Part shown: positions 29,264 through 39,768 of the stretch, one piece after another
Numbering within the stretch: position 1 is the stretch's first letter
How the letters are laid out: every line of letters starts with the position of its first letter
Source: Candidatus Zhuqueibacterota bacterium
GTDB taxonomy: Bacteria; Zhuqueibacterota; Zhuqueibacteria; Residuimicrobiales; Krinioviventaceae
Length of the DNA: 64,000 bases
Direction of reading: 5' to 3'
Assembly: GCA_016929295.1 (NCBI GenBank)
Contig: JAFGJB010000008.1
Span: 12,917-76,916 of the forward strand
Notes under the pieces: model-generated
Database searches by the model: none
What the model was told of the DNA's origin: nothing
What the model saw: the letters and a program-made list of their open reading frames with translations, nothing else
Made by a program: the position numbers and the translations under genes

Positions 29264-30841
29264 CTAAATGTGGTCATGCCGAAACAGCTTCACCTTCATG
29301 AATTGACTGGAGAGATTTCCCAGTATCAACATCAAGCTCGTCCCAACAGGCACATACCAGGGCCATGCAATTTGAGGCGAATCGAGGACGATGAAGAGGA
29401 CAACGGCAAGAAATGAAAGGACAAGTTGATAAAGTCGAGCTCTTCTATTGATCGTGGTGAAAATCCACCCGCCGACAATGCCGGCGAGTGAAAGGAGAAT
29501 CAGCAGCACGCCGGACGATGGACCGATGAACCATGTCATATAGACGATCGTCGCCCACAACGAAACCAGAATATCCGCTTCATGCAAATTCGATTTCATT
29601 GTCGCCAGGAAAAATGCGCCCAAGACGCCGCCATAGGTGAAGGAAGCGATGGCCAGTCCCAACTCTACCACCGGATTCTCTTTGTTACGAAAGAGCATGG
29701 CGCCACCGGTGAAAATGATTCCCCACAGGATGGTGAATAACCGCGCCAATATGAGTTGCTTTTTCGCTGTCATTTTTCTGTGCGGCAAGAGCAGGTCGAA
29801 CATGGTCGAGGAGGCCATGGAATTGAGAGAACTGCTCAATGTTGACATGGCAGCGGCGAAGACCGCGGCGATGATCAATCCGGAGAGGCCGCGAGGCAGT
29901 TGTTCTATGATAAATCGAGGCAGGATTTCATCGGGCGGCATTGCGGCGCCGTGATAAAATGCATAGAGCAAAAGCCCGAGAAAAAGAAAAATGCCAAATT
30001 GCACTAGGACAATGACGCCGCTGCTGATGAGGGCCTTCTGTGCATCCTTGGTCACTTTGCACGCCAACAGCCTCTGCACAATAATTTGATCCGTCCCATG
30101 CGACGCCATCGATAAAAAGGCGCCGCCAATGAGGCTGGCGGCAAGTGAATAATTCATCTGCATGAACTCTGATAAAGATTTGGTTAAAGTCAGATTAAAA
30201 ATTTGCAGCTTGTCGGCATCGATGGCAGATGGCCAACCATGGGGCAACATGGTCAAAATGTAGAATCCGGCGATGACCGCTCCCCCCACATAGATAAAGG
30301 TCTGCACAACATCGATCCAGACGACGGAGCGTAAACCGCCAATGCTGGTGTAGAGCATTGTCACCATCGCCAAGATGACGATGCATACTGGCAGACTCAA
30401 CCTCGTCATGATGGAGAGCGGAATTGCTGTGGCATAGAGCCGCACGCCGTCGGCGAGGAGTCGCGTGACGATGAAAATAAGCGATGATAATGTGCGCACG
30501 TTCGCTCCGAATCGATTGGCCAGCAGCTCGTATGAAGTGGACATGTCCCCGCGTATATAGGCGGGCAGAAATATGAAAGCGACAATTATTCTGCCAATGA
30601 TATATCCCAGGCCGAGCTGCAAAAAATTCAAATTTGAAATATAGGCGAGACCCGGCAAGCTGATAAAAGTTAACGTACTGGTTTCCGTCGCCACTACGGA
30701 TAAGCATACAGCCCACCAGGGTAAGCCGGCGCCGGCAAGGAAATAATCGCGACTGGTATAAATGCGACCGCCAAAACGCACTCCCAGAACAGTGATGATG
30801 GCCAAATATATCAGGATGATCGCATAATCGATTGGCTGCAT
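29264..30841 (-). CDS. Sodium:solute symporter family (SSF) transporter
   Basis: About 525 aa from MQPIDYAIILIYLAIITVLG, with about 13 TM and an SSF-type layout. The ORF-track start at 30910 is probably too long. Confidence 0.8.
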   Translation of the reverse strand: MQPIDYAIILIYLAIITVLGVRFGGRIYTSRDYFLAGAGLPWWAVCLSVVATETSTLTFISLPGLAYISNLNFLQLGLGYIIGRIIVAFIFLPAYIRGDMSTSYELLANRFGANVRTLSSLIFIVTRLLADGVRLYATAIPLSIMTRLSLPVCIVILAMVTMLYTSIGGLRSVVWIDVVQTFIYVGGAVIAGFYILTMLPHGWPSAIDADKLQIFNLTLTKSLSEFMQMNYSLAASLIGGAFLSMASHGTDQIIVQRLLACKVTKDAQKALISSGVIVLVQFGIFLFLGLLLYAFYHGAAMPPDEILPRFIIEQLPRGLSGLIIAAVFAAAMSTLSSSLNSMASSTMFDLLLPHRKMTAKKQLILARLFTILWGIIFTGGAMLFRNKENPVVELGLAIASFTYGGVLGAFFLATMKSNLHEADILVSLWATIVYMTWFIGPSSGVLLILLSLAGIVGGWIFTTINRRARLYQLVLSFLAVVLFIVLDSPQIAWPWYVPVGTSLMLILGNLSSQFMKVKLFRHDHI

Positions 30842-30917
30842 GGGAAAAAGAATCCTGTCTTTTTTTATCAAGATAACAGAATTTGAGCAAATTCCCAAGA
30901 ATGATTGCAAATATTAA

Positions 30918-30946
30918 TTGACACTGCCGCAAAAACTAGCTATAAT
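30918..30946 (+). promoter_or_regulatory. Perfect-consensus sigma70 promoter (TTGACA-17-TATAAT)
   Basis: TTGACA at 30918-30923, a 17-nt spacer and TATAAT at 30941-30946. It precedes the small ORF at 31015. Confidence 0.6.
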
Positions 30947-31014
30947 GAAGCAGTTGCGAAAAAGTTGGGCGATGCAAATCCGATACGGTGATCCTCATTC
31001 ATTTGAGATGGGCG

Positions 31015-31290
31015 ATGAAAAATAAATATGCCATCCGCGTTGCTTTGTGGATGATGGGGCTGGCACTGTCGGTCACGCCACGTACGGCAGGTTTAATGCT
31101 GAACGAAGAAATTGGCGATCTCATTGATGCGATGGAAGCGGAAGCTTTTGCGCTCGTCTCAGGCGGCGTTCGCTTTTTCGGCGATCGTATCGCCGTGGAT
31201 CTGGCTATCGTGACATCAGATCAATTCAGGAGCGAGGATGGTTTTCCATTTTTGCCCTGGGTTGATTTCCCTGTGTTGTTCGGGAAATAG
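31015..31290 (+). CDS. Hypothetical small secreted protein (91 aa)
   Basis: Signal-peptide-like MKNKYAIRVALWMMGLALSVTP. It lies downstream of the consensus promoter and ends 11 nt before the 18-bp palindrome. There is no strong SD, so the call is tentative. Confidence 0.3.
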   Translation: MKNKYAIRVALWMMGLALSVTPRTAGLMLNEEIGDLIDAMEAEAFALVSGGVRFFGDRIAVDLAIVTSDQFRSEDGFPFLPWVDFPVLFGK

Positions 31291-31301
31291 CCCCATGCAC
31301 C

Positions 31302-31319
31302 GCTGAAAATATTTTCAGC
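31302..31319. promoter_or_regulatory. Perfect 18-bp palindrome GCTGAAAATATTTTCAGC
   Basis: The sequence is exactly self-complementary. It is followed by an A-rich tract on plus, not U-rich, so it may be a protein-binding site or a weak or bidirectional terminator. Confidence 0.4.
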
Positions 31320-31547
31320 AAAAAATAATTTCTGTTTGCAAAGCAAATAAATTTTGCTATCTTTTTAATACCACTTTGAGCCACCCGAAGGCTGTCAATA
31401 CAGCCGGGTGTGCTCGACTCGTCCGGATTGAAAAACTTCTTTCATTTACTTTCTACAATAGAAAATTCCACATGGATGGTGCAAGCGCACGCTTGCGGAA
31501 ATGACTTGATAGAATTTATGTGATTAATTTATAGCATTGGAGCGATC

Positions 31548-32120
31548 ATGAGTATTAAATCTTTTTCCAAGGTCATTCCGGGGATTGGACCGGTGATGTT
31601 TGAACGAAGTAAAAAGGCAAAACATTTGAACATTACGGTGAAACCCATCGAGGGTATCCGCGTCGCAGTGCCGTTCGGCTTATCCTACCAGCAAGCCGAG
31701 GATATTGTCAAGAGTAAACGAAAATGGCTGGAGGAGCAGACCGTAAAAATCAAAGCGGTGCAGGAAGAGCACGAGGCGCGCGTGCATGAAAAGCCGCAGT
31801 TTGATCGGCGCCAGGCGCGCGACAAGATCGTCAAGCGTCTGGAAGAGCTGGCAGCGCAATTTGATTTTACCTATCATCGTGTTTTTATACGATCGCAAAA
31901 GACCAAATGGGGGAGCTGCTCGGGCAGCCAAAATATAAACCTGAATGCCAGATTGGTCGAGCTGCCGGATGAGTTGATGGATTATGTCATATTGCACGAA
32001 CTGGTTCATTTGCACACAAAAAACCATGGCGCTCAATTCTGGGCAGAACTGGACAAATATGTCGGGGGGGATGCAAAAAAAGTTGCGAAAGAATTAAAAA
32101 AGTACCGGCTCGATGTATGA
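31548..32120 (+). CDS. YgjP-like metal-dependent hydrolase (DUF45/WLM-like, HExxH)
   Basis: 190 aa with WGSCS...ILHELVHLHTKNH. Confidence 0.7.
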   Translation: MSIKSFSKVIPGIGPVMFERSKKAKHLNITVKPIEGIRVAVPFGLSYQQAEDIVKSKRKWLEEQTVKIKAVQEEHEARVHEKPQFDRRQARDKIVKRLEELAAQFDFTYHRVFIRSQKTKWGSCSGSQNINLNARLVELPDELMDYVILHELVHLHTKNHGAQFWAELDKYVGGDAKKVAKELKKYRLDV

Positions 32121-32156
32121 TATTCAGTTGCAGTTCTCAAGCATCTGAATCTGCAT

Positions 32157-33500
32157 TTACCATCCCGTTCTATAATCCTTGTGCAAAAACGCATTTGCTT
32201 CAGGTGCGTTGGCAAAGGTCATTGTTTGCGGATCCCACTGCAGTTTATCGTTAACTCGAAGTGCTACATTGCCCAATAGCACCATTTCCGTCAATGGACC
32301 TGCCTTTTCAAAATGAATGCCGGCCGGCTCCCCGCCTTTACATGCTGCAATCCATTCCTGGCGATGACCAATCGAACGAGGCAATGTCTTTGGTGGTCGC
32401 GTATACGATCTCATCGCCGACTCGGGAATGATGCGCAGTGCGCGGGCGCCGTGAGAACCGGTCAAGATTTTCCCCTTTGATCCAATGTATAACACGCCGC
32501 CGTAGGTGTCACCCATCTTTCGACCTTGCTCCAGTTCTGCGGGCGTTTCCGGCATCAATCCACCATCATACCAGTGCAATGTCACCGGCGGCATCTGCTC
32601 CCGCGCCGGAAACTGATAATGAACCAGGCAGGCGCGTGGAAAACAATCGGTATCTTTTTGTTTATCCCAGTTCAATCCTTTGGGGACAAAATAGGAATGG
32701 CTGGCTTCGATGGTCACAGGGTGTCCGAGTTTCATTGCCCAGAGGATCGGATCAAAAATATGGCACCCCATATCACCCAATCCGCCGGTGCCAAAATCCC
32801 ACCACGCACGCCATTGGCCAGGGTGGTAGACGGGGTGATAAGGTCGAACCGGCGCCACGCCGAGCCACAAATCCCAGTCCAGTTCTTCGGGAACAGGCGG
32901 CGTTTCTGTCGGGCGCGGAATACCTTGTGGCCACACCGGATGCGGCGTCCAGGCGTGGATCTCACGAATGTCGCCAATGGCGCCGTCCCATATCCATTCG
33001 CACAGGAGGCGCGCCTCTTCCATGGCGTGACCTTGGGTGCCCATTTGCGTGGCGACGCCCGCTTTTTTGGCAGCTGCTGCCAAGAGTCGTGCTTCCATAA
33101 CCGTATGCGTCAACGGCTTTTCGGTATAAACATGCTTGCCCGCTTCGATCGCTGCCATGCTGATGGGTGCGTGCATATGATCCGGTGTGGCGACAACGAC
33201 CGCGTCGATATCCTTTTGCTTTTCCAGCATGATGCGATAATCCTTGTAGCGCCTGGCGTTGGGATAGCGCTCAAATGTCGAGGCGGCAACTTGCCAATCC
33301 ACATCGCAAAGAGCTGTTATGTTTTCTGATTCCATATCTTGCAAGTCAGCGGCGCCCATTCCGCCGACGCCAATGCCGGCAATATTCAACGTGTCGCTGG
33401 GCGCCTTATAGCCTCGCCCGAGGACATGTCGAGGGACAATGAAAAAAGCCGATGATGCGGCCACTGTTTTTATAAAGCGACGACGATTTGTCCGCTTCAT
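32157..33500 (-). CDS. Gfo/Idh/MocA-family NAD-dependent oxidoreductase with a twin-arginine signal
   Basis: MKRTNRRRFIKTVAASSAFF is a TAT motif, with an AGGAACTCC RBS. A Rossmann region (GIGVGGMG) and a GFO_IDH_MocA C-terminus follow. Confidence 0.8.
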   Translation of the reverse strand: MKRTNRRRFIKTVAASSAFFIVPRHVLGRGYKAPSDTLNIAGIGVGGMGAADLQDMESENITALCDVDWQVAASTFERYPNARRYKDYRIMLEKQKDIDAVVVATPDHMHAPISMAAIEAGKHVYTEKPLTHTVMEARLLAAAAKKAGVATQMGTQGHAMEEARLLCEWIWDGAIGDIREIHAWTPHPVWPQGIPRPTETPPVPEELDWDLWLGVAPVRPYHPVYHPGQWRAWWDFGTGGLGDMGCHIFDPILWAMKLGHPVTIEASHSYFVPKGLNWDKQKDTDCFPRACLVHYQFPAREQMPPVTLHWYDGGLMPETPAELEQGRKMGDTYGGVLYIGSKGKILTGSHGARALRIIPESAMRSYTRPPKTLPRSIGHRQEWIAACKGGEPAGIHFEKAGPLTEMVLLGNVALRVNDKLQWDPQTMTFANAPEANAFLHKDYRTGW

Positions 33501-33681
33501 TGGAGTTCCTTTCGTCTGATCGATTTCAGCCTGGTCATGAAAAAGCATAGTAAAAAGAAATGACTAAAACAAGCAAGAAATAAGTTCGCTTGTATTTTAA
33601 TCTTTGGTTTACGGCAGATTTTTTTTATTTTGCCTGGTATTGTAAGAATGAAATAGAATAGATAAACGAAGGAGTAATGAT

Positions 33682-35190
33682 ATGAACATGAACCTGAAGA
33701 GCCTGGACGTCTGGTTTGTTACCGGCAGCCAGCACCTCTACGGCGATGAAACATTGCGCCAGGTTGCTGAACACTCGCAAACAATTGCCGCAGCACTGTC
33801 AGCATCCGCCGACATTCCGGTCAACGTTGTATGCAAGCCGGTGTTGACGACGCCGGATGCAATCTCTCGACTATGTATCGACGCAAATTCGGACCCTGCA
33901 TGTATCGGTCTCATTACCTGGATGCACACGTTTTCGCCGGCGAAAATGTGGATTGCCGGATTGAATACGCTACAAAAGCCGTTCGTGCATTTGCATACCC
34001 AATATAACCGCGATATTCCCTGGGATAAAATCGACATGGATTTTATGAATCTGAACCAATCGGCGCATGGCGGCCGCGAGTTCGGATTTATCGGCACTCG
34101 TCTGCGCATCAATCGCAAGGTTGTCGTGGGATTCTGGCAGGAAAAAGCGGTGCAGGAAAAGCTTGCCATCTGGATGCGCGCGGCCGTTGCCTGGCACGAT
34201 TGGCAGAGCGGCAAGGTGGCTCGCTTTGGCGATAATATGCGTCAGGTGGCAGTGACTGAAGGCGATAAAGTTGAAGCGCAAATCAGATTCGGCTATTCGG
34301 TGAATGGTTATGGGGTTGGCGATTTGGTCGCTGCGGTGAAAAAGGTGAGCGATGCCCAAGTCGATAAATTGATCCATGACTATCGTCAGCTTTACAAAAT
34401 GCCGGCTCGCCTCGAATCCGATACAGCCCTTATGCGCAGTCTGAAAGAAGCCGCAAAAATTGAAGTGGGCTTGCGCAGCTTTTTGCAGGAGGGCGGTTAC
34501 ACAGCATTCACTACAACATTCGAGGATTTGCACGGTCTGACGCAATTGCCGGGATTGGCGGTGCAGCGTCTCATGGCAGATGGTTATGGATTTGGCGCTG
34601 AAGGGGACTGGAAAACGGCTGCTCTTGTGCGTGCGATCAAGGTGATGGCCCTCGGACTCGCGGGCGGCACATCGTTTATGGAAGACTATACCTATCACCT
34701 CGACCCGGCTGGCCCCATGGTGCTTGGCGCCCATATGCTGGAAGTCTGTTCATCCATAGCCGATGGTCAGGCCTCTCTCGAAGTCCATCCCCTGGGTATT
34801 GGCGGCAAAGCCGATCCCGCGCGCCTGGTGTTCAACGTGAGGGGAGGTTCTGGTTTGAATGCATCCATCATCGATCTGGGCAACCGTTTTCGCCTGTTGG
34901 TGAATGAGGTGGATGTTGTCAATCCGAAAGAGGCGTTGCCCAAATTGCCGGTCGCGCGCGTGGTGTGGATGCCAAAGCCAAACCTGGAAACAGCTGCCGG
35001 CGCCTGGATCCTCGCCGGCGGTGCACACCACACCGCATTCACGATGGCCCTGACGTCAGAATATCTACAGGATTTTGCCGATATAGCTGATGTGGAAATG
35101 GTCGTGATTGGCGAGAATACCAGAATTTCTGAATTCAAAAAGGAATTGCGCTGGAACAGCGTCTATTATTCTATGAACAGGGGATTCTAG
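33682..35190 (+). CDS. araA: L-arabinose isomerase
   Basis: 502 aa. N-terminus [21 protein letters not shown], with AraA-family length and motifs. GAAGGAG SD upstream. Confidence 0.85.
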   Translation: MNMNLKSLDVWFVTGSQHLYGDETLRQVAEHSQTIAAALSASADIPVNVVCKPVLTTPDAISRLCIDANSDPACIGLITWMHTFSPAKMWIAGLNTLQKPFVHLHTQYNRDIPWDKIDMDFMNLNQSAHGGREFGFIGTRLRINRKVVVGFWQEKAVQEKLAIWMRAAVAWHDWQSGKVARFGDNMRQVAVTEGDKVEAQIRFGYSVNGYGVGDLVAAVKKVSDAQVDKLIHDYRQLYKMPARLESDTALMRSLKEAAKIEVGLRSFLQEGGYTAFTTTFEDLHGLTQLPGLAVQRLMADGYGFGAEGDWKTAALVRAIKVMALGLAGGTSFMEDYTYHLDPAGPMVLGAHMLEVCSSIADGQASLEVHPLGIGGKADPARLVFNVRGGSGLNASIIDLGNRFRLLVNEVDVVNPKEALPKLPVARVVWMPKPNLETAAGAWILAGGAHHTAFTMALTSEYLQDFADIADVEMVVIGENTRISEFKKELRWNSVYYSMNRGF

Positions 35191-35265
35191 GATCAAGGAC
35201 AGAAAAGCAAAAATGGCGAATGCTCCATTCAGTTTTTTGCAGCCATCAGGAAGCGAGGTGCATCG

Positions 35266-36159
35266 ATGAAACCAACGAGAAGAGATTTTCTGAAAACCGC
35301 GGCCGGCGGACTCGCGGCCGTCGCACTGCCGATCTCTCTGCCGGGGGAAAGGCAGGACTTTTTTTCGCCGATTACACTTGGCAAAAGCGGTATCCAAAGC
35401 AGTCTTCTCTCCTTCGGAACCGGCACTCACGGCAGCAACAAAGCGTCAAAACAGACGCGTTTGGGCATGGAGGCTTTTGTCGATTTGGGCGGTCACGCCT
35501 ACGAAGCCGGCGTGAGGTTTTACGATGCGGCCGATTCTTATGGCTCGCATCCCTATCTGCGCGAGCTGTTCCGCCACATTCCGCGCGAGAATGTCACCGT
35601 GCTGAGCAAGCTCTGGAATCGTCCCAGCGATTGGGCACATTTCACCACCGCCCAAAATGCTGTTGACAGATTTCGCCAGGAGCTGGATCAGGATTATATT
35701 GATATTGTTCTCATGCACTGCATGGTGGAACCAGACTGGACGACGCTGTATCGAAAGGTGATGGATGAACTCTCTGAATTGAAGGTCAAGGGTGTGATCG
35801 GCTCTTATGGTGCATCATTCCATTCCATTTATGCTCTCAAAGCAGCCCTGGAGTCCGATTGGCCGGAAATCCTGTTTGTCCGCTTCAACGACAGCGGCAC
35901 ACAGATGGATCATTATCCCCGTGTCGTAGCGCCCATGCTCAGAAAAGCGAGATCGGACGGCAAAGGCGTCATCGCTATGAAAGTTTTTGGCGGCGGCAAG
36001 GCGGTGCAGGAGGAGCAGCGCGAGAGCTCACTCAAGTTTGTGCTGGGTTCGAATGCAATTGACATGATGACCATCGGTTTTGGCAGTCGGGAAGAATTTG
36101 ATGATACAGTTGAGCGCATCAAGCGACTTGCAGCTGGTGAGCACGCGCCAGCTCGGTGA
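35266..36159 (+). CDS. Aldo/keto reductase with a twin-arginine signal
   Basis: MKPTRRDFLKTAAGGLAAVALP is a TAT motif. AKR motifs FYDAADSYG and IDIVLMH are present. Confidence 0.75.
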   Translation: MKPTRRDFLKTAAGGLAAVALPISLPGERQDFFSPITLGKSGIQSSLLSFGTGTHGSNKASKQTRLGMEAFVDLGGHAYEAGVRFYDAADSYGSHPYLRELFRHIPRENVTVLSKLWNRPSDWAHFTTAQNAVDRFRQELDQDYIDIVLMHCMVEPDWTTLYRKVMDELSELKVKGVIGSYGASFHSIYALKAALESDWPEILFVRFNDSGTQMDHYPRVVAPMLRKARSDGKGVIAMKVFGGGKAVQEEQRESSLKFVLGSNAIDMMTIGFGSREEFDDTVERIKRLAAGEHAPAR

Positions 36160-36179
36160 TGTCGTTGACAGCGCTGGAG

Positions 36180-38447
36180 TCAGGGCATGTTTTTCAGGAC
36201 GTCGAGGTTTTCCTGCGCTTTGCTTTTATAATCCAAAGCGCCTTTGTGATATGGATTGATCCGCAGAACATTGTTCCACATATTGATCGCCTGTTGATAT
36301 TTTTCTTCGGTGTAAAGTTGAATACCCAGATTGAAGAATTCATCAACCCGAGCGTTCAATTCGATTTGGCAACGTTGCCGCAGTTGTTGAGCTTCAGCGT
36401 GGTCTGCGTCTTTTATCAGCACCGAATCGAATAGCTCCAGAGCTTCCAGATACCTGCCCGCGATATATTCAGCGCGTGCCTGACGCATGAGGCTTTCAAT
36501 GTCGAGCTTTGTGAGGGCATTCCGTTTTATGGTGGTCGCTTCCGCATGAGAGGGATTCATATTCAGCGCCGAATCCGCCCAGGTGATGGCCTCCCGCCAC
36601 TCTCTGTTTTCAAAATGCTCTCTTGCGAGCTCGAGGTATTTGCGGGATTGTCCTGTTCGCGAATCCGCAATCAAATTTTTATAGCGGCGTGCTCCTGAAT
36701 GCGACGGATCGATGGCCAGCGCGGCGTTAAAGAGTTCGAGAGCAGTGCGATAGTCTTTGTTGTCGTAAGCGGTTTTGCCTCTGTCGTAATACCTTTCTGC
36801 ACTTGAGGTGATCGTCGCCAAAAGCTCCTTTTGCCGCTGCAGTGCGAAAGAATGATCCGGTTGAATCTTGAGGATTTCCTGGTACATCCTCAGCGCATCG
36901 TTCCACGATTTGTTTGCATCCAATCTTTGCGCCTGGTCGAGCATGTCGGAAATCTCGAGCGAAATTTCCTTGCGCTCGTTTTTGATTCGTCGCAGATAAT
37001 TCGCAGCATCTTCAAGATTCGGATCAATGGCAAGAGCTTTGTCAAATTCTGTTTCCGCCAGATCGAGTTTGCGCTGGCTATAATATCCCAGGCCGGCAAA
37101 ATAGTGTTGCTCCGCGATTTTTGAATGATAGGATTGAATTTTGACCAGATAATTCTTTGAACCAAAGTGATCAGGTCGCACCAGAATGATCGCCTCGAAC
37201 AACTCTTTCGCCCGCTGAATGTCGGCATCATTGTACGCCTGAACCGCCTGCTGGTACCATCGCTCAACGTCAATGTTCACCTTGGGACGAATCATCGCAA
37301 TGGCTTGCTGCGCCTCACGATTTTTGGGATCAATTTTGAGAACCAGAAGATATTGCGCCGCTGCTGCAAGATAGTTGCTCTGATTTTGAAAGGTTTGACC
37401 CTCGACGAGCAGGGAGTCGATTTTGACATTCTCTTTTGCCAGAACGGGGAGGAGCAATTTTTCAAGATTGTTGGCTTTGGTATGATTTTCATCGTATATG
37501 AGTACATACTCACATCGTTGAAGAGCTGCCTTGATATCTCGTCGTTTTAGTGCTTCCATGGCATCGTTGTAATAACGATCTGCAATCTGTTTGGGATGCG
37601 CGCCAATCCGTGCCGATGTGGTCAGCGCCAGTCTTTTTGTCAAGGCGTCAAAGGTCAGATCCAAGCTGAGGTTATCCCGTTCAAATCCGCCGCCGAACGA
37701 ATACTTGCTTGAATCAAAGTCTTTTATGCCGGCGAAAACGCGAACGTGTGGCGTCGGATTGAATAGCAGCCCGAGGTGATTCGAGTCATCGCCCGACATA
37801 AAATGACGCGCGTAGTGCAGTGTTGGCCCGGTCGCGGTGAACTGGTATGAAAGACCAAGGCGAATTTGATGATTGCCATGCTGCTGTCCTAACGGGATGT
37901 TGTGCAATGAGAATCCAACTGCCAATCTATCAGCAATGTACGGTGAGCGTTGCTGCAAAATCGAATTCGTCGGTCTGAAGAGCATACCCACTCCGAAGGT
38001 CATCCAGCTGTGCTCTGACTGCTGCAATCCATTCATATTGAGTCCGACGAACAAGCCCGGGATCAATTGATAACCCCACCCGGCTGTGGCAAATTGAATC
38101 GGATCGTTCTCCCAGGTGGAGGCAATCGAGGCGGCGAACGAACCAAATTTGGGGACAAAATGAGAGTATGCTAAATAGTTCGCCGTAAAGGGTTCATGAA
38201 TGCTCAACAGTCCCTGTGGGCAGCGCATGACGGCGAGCGATGCCGGATTCCAATAGAGTGCAGAAGCATCATATAGCCCCACGACAGCGGAATAGCCGAT
38301 GCCGATAGCTTTGGCGCCGGGAGAAAAGGAATCCAGTTCATCCTGCGCCCGGCATGGTCGCAGTAGATGAAACAACATGAAGAGAAAGCAGAGAAAAACT
38401 CGTACAGGAGAGAATGTCTTCCTGCTACATAGTAATGGCATGGTCAT
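36180..38447 (-). CDS. Fusion protein: N-terminal FadL/TodX-like outer-membrane beta-barrel domain plus C-terminal TPR repeats (about 480 aa)
   Basis: Signal peptide MTMPLLCSRKTFSPVRVFLCFLFMLFHLLRPCRA. GIGYSAVVGLYDASALYWNPASLA matches the FadL-family N-terminal NPAGL motif. At least 9 TPR-like repeats run to the C-terminus. Confidence 0.6.
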   Translation of the reverse strand: MTMPLLCSRKTFSPVRVFLCFLFMLFHLLRPCRAQDELDSFSPGAKAIGIGYSAVVGLYDASALYWNPASLAVMRCPQGLLSIHEPFTANYLAYSHFVPKFGSFAASIASTWENDPIQFATAGWGYQLIPGLFVGLNMNGLQQSEHSWMTFGVGMLFRPTNSILQQRSPYIADRLAVGFSLHNIPLGQQHGNHQIRLGLSYQFTATGPTLHYARHFMSGDDSNHLGLLFNPTPHVRVFAGIKDFDSSKYSFGGGFERDNLSLDLTFDALTKRLALTTSARIGAHPKQIADRYYNDAMEALKRRDIKAALQRCEYVLIYDENHTKANNLEKLLLPVLAKENVKIDSLLVEGQTFQNQSNYLAAAAQYLLVLKIDPKNREAQQAIAMIRPKVNIDVERWYQQAVQAYNDADIQRAKELFEAIILVRPDHFGSKNYLVKIQSYHSKIAEQHYFAGLGYYSQRKLDLAETEFDKALAIDPNLEDAANYLRRIKNERKEISLEISDMLDQAQRLDANKSWNDALRMYQEILKIQPDHSFALQRQKELLATITSSAERYYDRGKTAYDNKDYRTALELFNAALAIDPSHSGARRYKNLIADSRTGQSRKYLELAREHFENREWREAITWADSALNMNPSHAEATTIKRNALTKLDIESLMRQARAEYIAGRYLEALELFDSVLIKDADHAEAQQLRQRCQIELNARVDEFFNLGIQLYTEEKYQQAINMWNNVLRINPYHKGALDYKSKAQENLDVLKNMP

Positions 38448-39768
38448 AATCCACTTCAAATGTAGCGACAGGTTTGCTGCGTCCTTTGACCAATACTGGA
38501 TCAAGTTGTGTCGTCGTATAATGGCCCTTGAGTCGACGAGCGACTTCAATCGGCGCGATGATTTGTCCCGGCTTTGCGATCGAGCACAATCTGGCGGAGA
38601 GGTTCACCACATCGCCAATGACCGTATAGTCCATGCGATTTTTTGAGCCCATATTGCCAAGCACCGCCGGTCCGACATTGATGCCAATGCCGACCTTCAA
38701 TGTCAGCACGCCGAGCTCAGCCCGTCTGACATTGAGTTGGTGTATTGCCCGCTGGATTTCGACGGCCGTTTTAACGGCGTTATCAGCCTGATTTTCACCA
38801 TCGAAAATGGCCATGACCTGGTCGCCCATAAATTTATCGACAACGCCGTGGTTGTTTTCGATTATTTGCGATTGGACATCCAGATAGATATTCACCAGCT
38901 TGACGATTTCTTTTGGGCTGAGGCGTTCGGTGAGATTGGAAAAATTGCGAATATCAGAAAACAAAAGTGTGACATTGCGGCTCTCGCCTTCCGACGGCAA
39001 GCCGTTCGCATAGCGGTCACGAATCATCTTGATGGTGTACTTTGATACAAATTTTTGCATATACAATTTTTCATGCAAATGCTTTATCATTTTATTGAAT
39101 TCGCTCGCCAGCTGGCCCAACTCATCATTTGACAATATCGGGATCTCTTTTTTCAGATCGCCTTCGCTGATGCGATGAACACCCTTGCCGAGCTCTTCAA
39201 TTTGTCTTGTCATACGGTGGGCGACGAAAAAGATCAGCAGAACTGAAACAATCAGGACAATTAATGTGGCGGAAATCGTCGTTTCAGTCGCATGTTTCAT
39301 CGGCGCCATGACCGTTTTCTTGGAAAATCCCAGTGCTGCAACACCCAGAAAAACCCTCTCTGTCTCACTTCGGCGAACGTACAGCGGGTGAATGTGCTCG
39401 ATAATTTCAGCATTTTCCCGCACAAAATTTTCCTGTAACTGACTAAAAAGCAGACTATCCTCGGTGACAACGAGCGTGTTGATGAGCGAGATATCAGTGT
39501 GAGCTATGATCATGCCGTTCCGGTCAATGACCTTTGCGTACGACAGTCCGTCAATCCCTTCCGTGAAGACGGGCTGTATTTGCTCGAGGATGTGCCCCAG
39601 CCATTGACTGCGCTCATTTACGTCGGCGCCTTCTTTATAATAGAGGAGAAGATCGTTCTTTATTGCTGTCGAGACGTGCCGCAGGGAGAGCTCGCAGTAT
39701 TGCGCCAGGCTGTCGCGCAGCACTTTGCGGCCATTCTGAAAAAAAGTGAATGACAATATGGACAACAT
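38425..39768 (-). CDS. Class III adenylate/guanylate cyclase with a sensor domain, a TM segment and a HAMP domain
   Basis: TM ATLIVLIVSVLLIFFVA and HAMP RMTRQIEELGKGVHRISEGDL. Cyclase motifs LLFSDIRNFSNLTERL, DKFMGDQVMAIF and TVIGDVVNLSARL are present. The in-frame upstream region encodes a further TM-like segment without an ATG/GTG/TTG. Confidence 0.8.
   Translation of the reverse strand: MLSILSFTFFQNGRKVLRDSLAQYCELSLRHVSTAIKNDLLLYYKEGADVNERSQWLGHILEQIQPVFTEGIDGLSYAKVIDRNGMIIAHTDISLINTLVVTEDSLLFSQLQENFVRENAEIIEHIHPLYVRRSETERVFLGVAALGFSKKTVMAPMKHATETTISATLIVLIVSVLLIFFVAHRMTRQIEELGKGVHRISEGDLKKEIPILSNDELGQLASEFNKMIKHLHEKLYMQKFVSKYTIKMIRDRYANGLPSEGESRNVTLLFSDIRNFSNLTERLSPKEIVKLVNIYLDVQSQIIENNHGVVDKFMGDQVMAIFDGENQADNAVKTAVEIQRAIHQLNVRRAELGVLTLKVGIGINVGPAVLGNMGSKNRMDYTVIGDVVNLSARLCSIAKPGQIIAPIEVARRLKGHYTTTQLDPVLVKGRSKPVATFEVDYDHAITM

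Noticed and set aside
30195-30932. 245-aa minus-strand ORF overlapping the SSF transporter
   Set aside because: It sits in a different frame of the same strand as the symporter. It is His/Arg/Cys-rich and judged spurious.
32526-33329. 267-aa plus-strand ORF
   Set aside because: It is antisense to the TAT-signal Gfo/Idh/MocA oxidoreductase.
33970-34734. 254-aa minus-strand ORF inside araA
   Set aside because: It is antisense to the well-supported L-arabinose isomerase frame.
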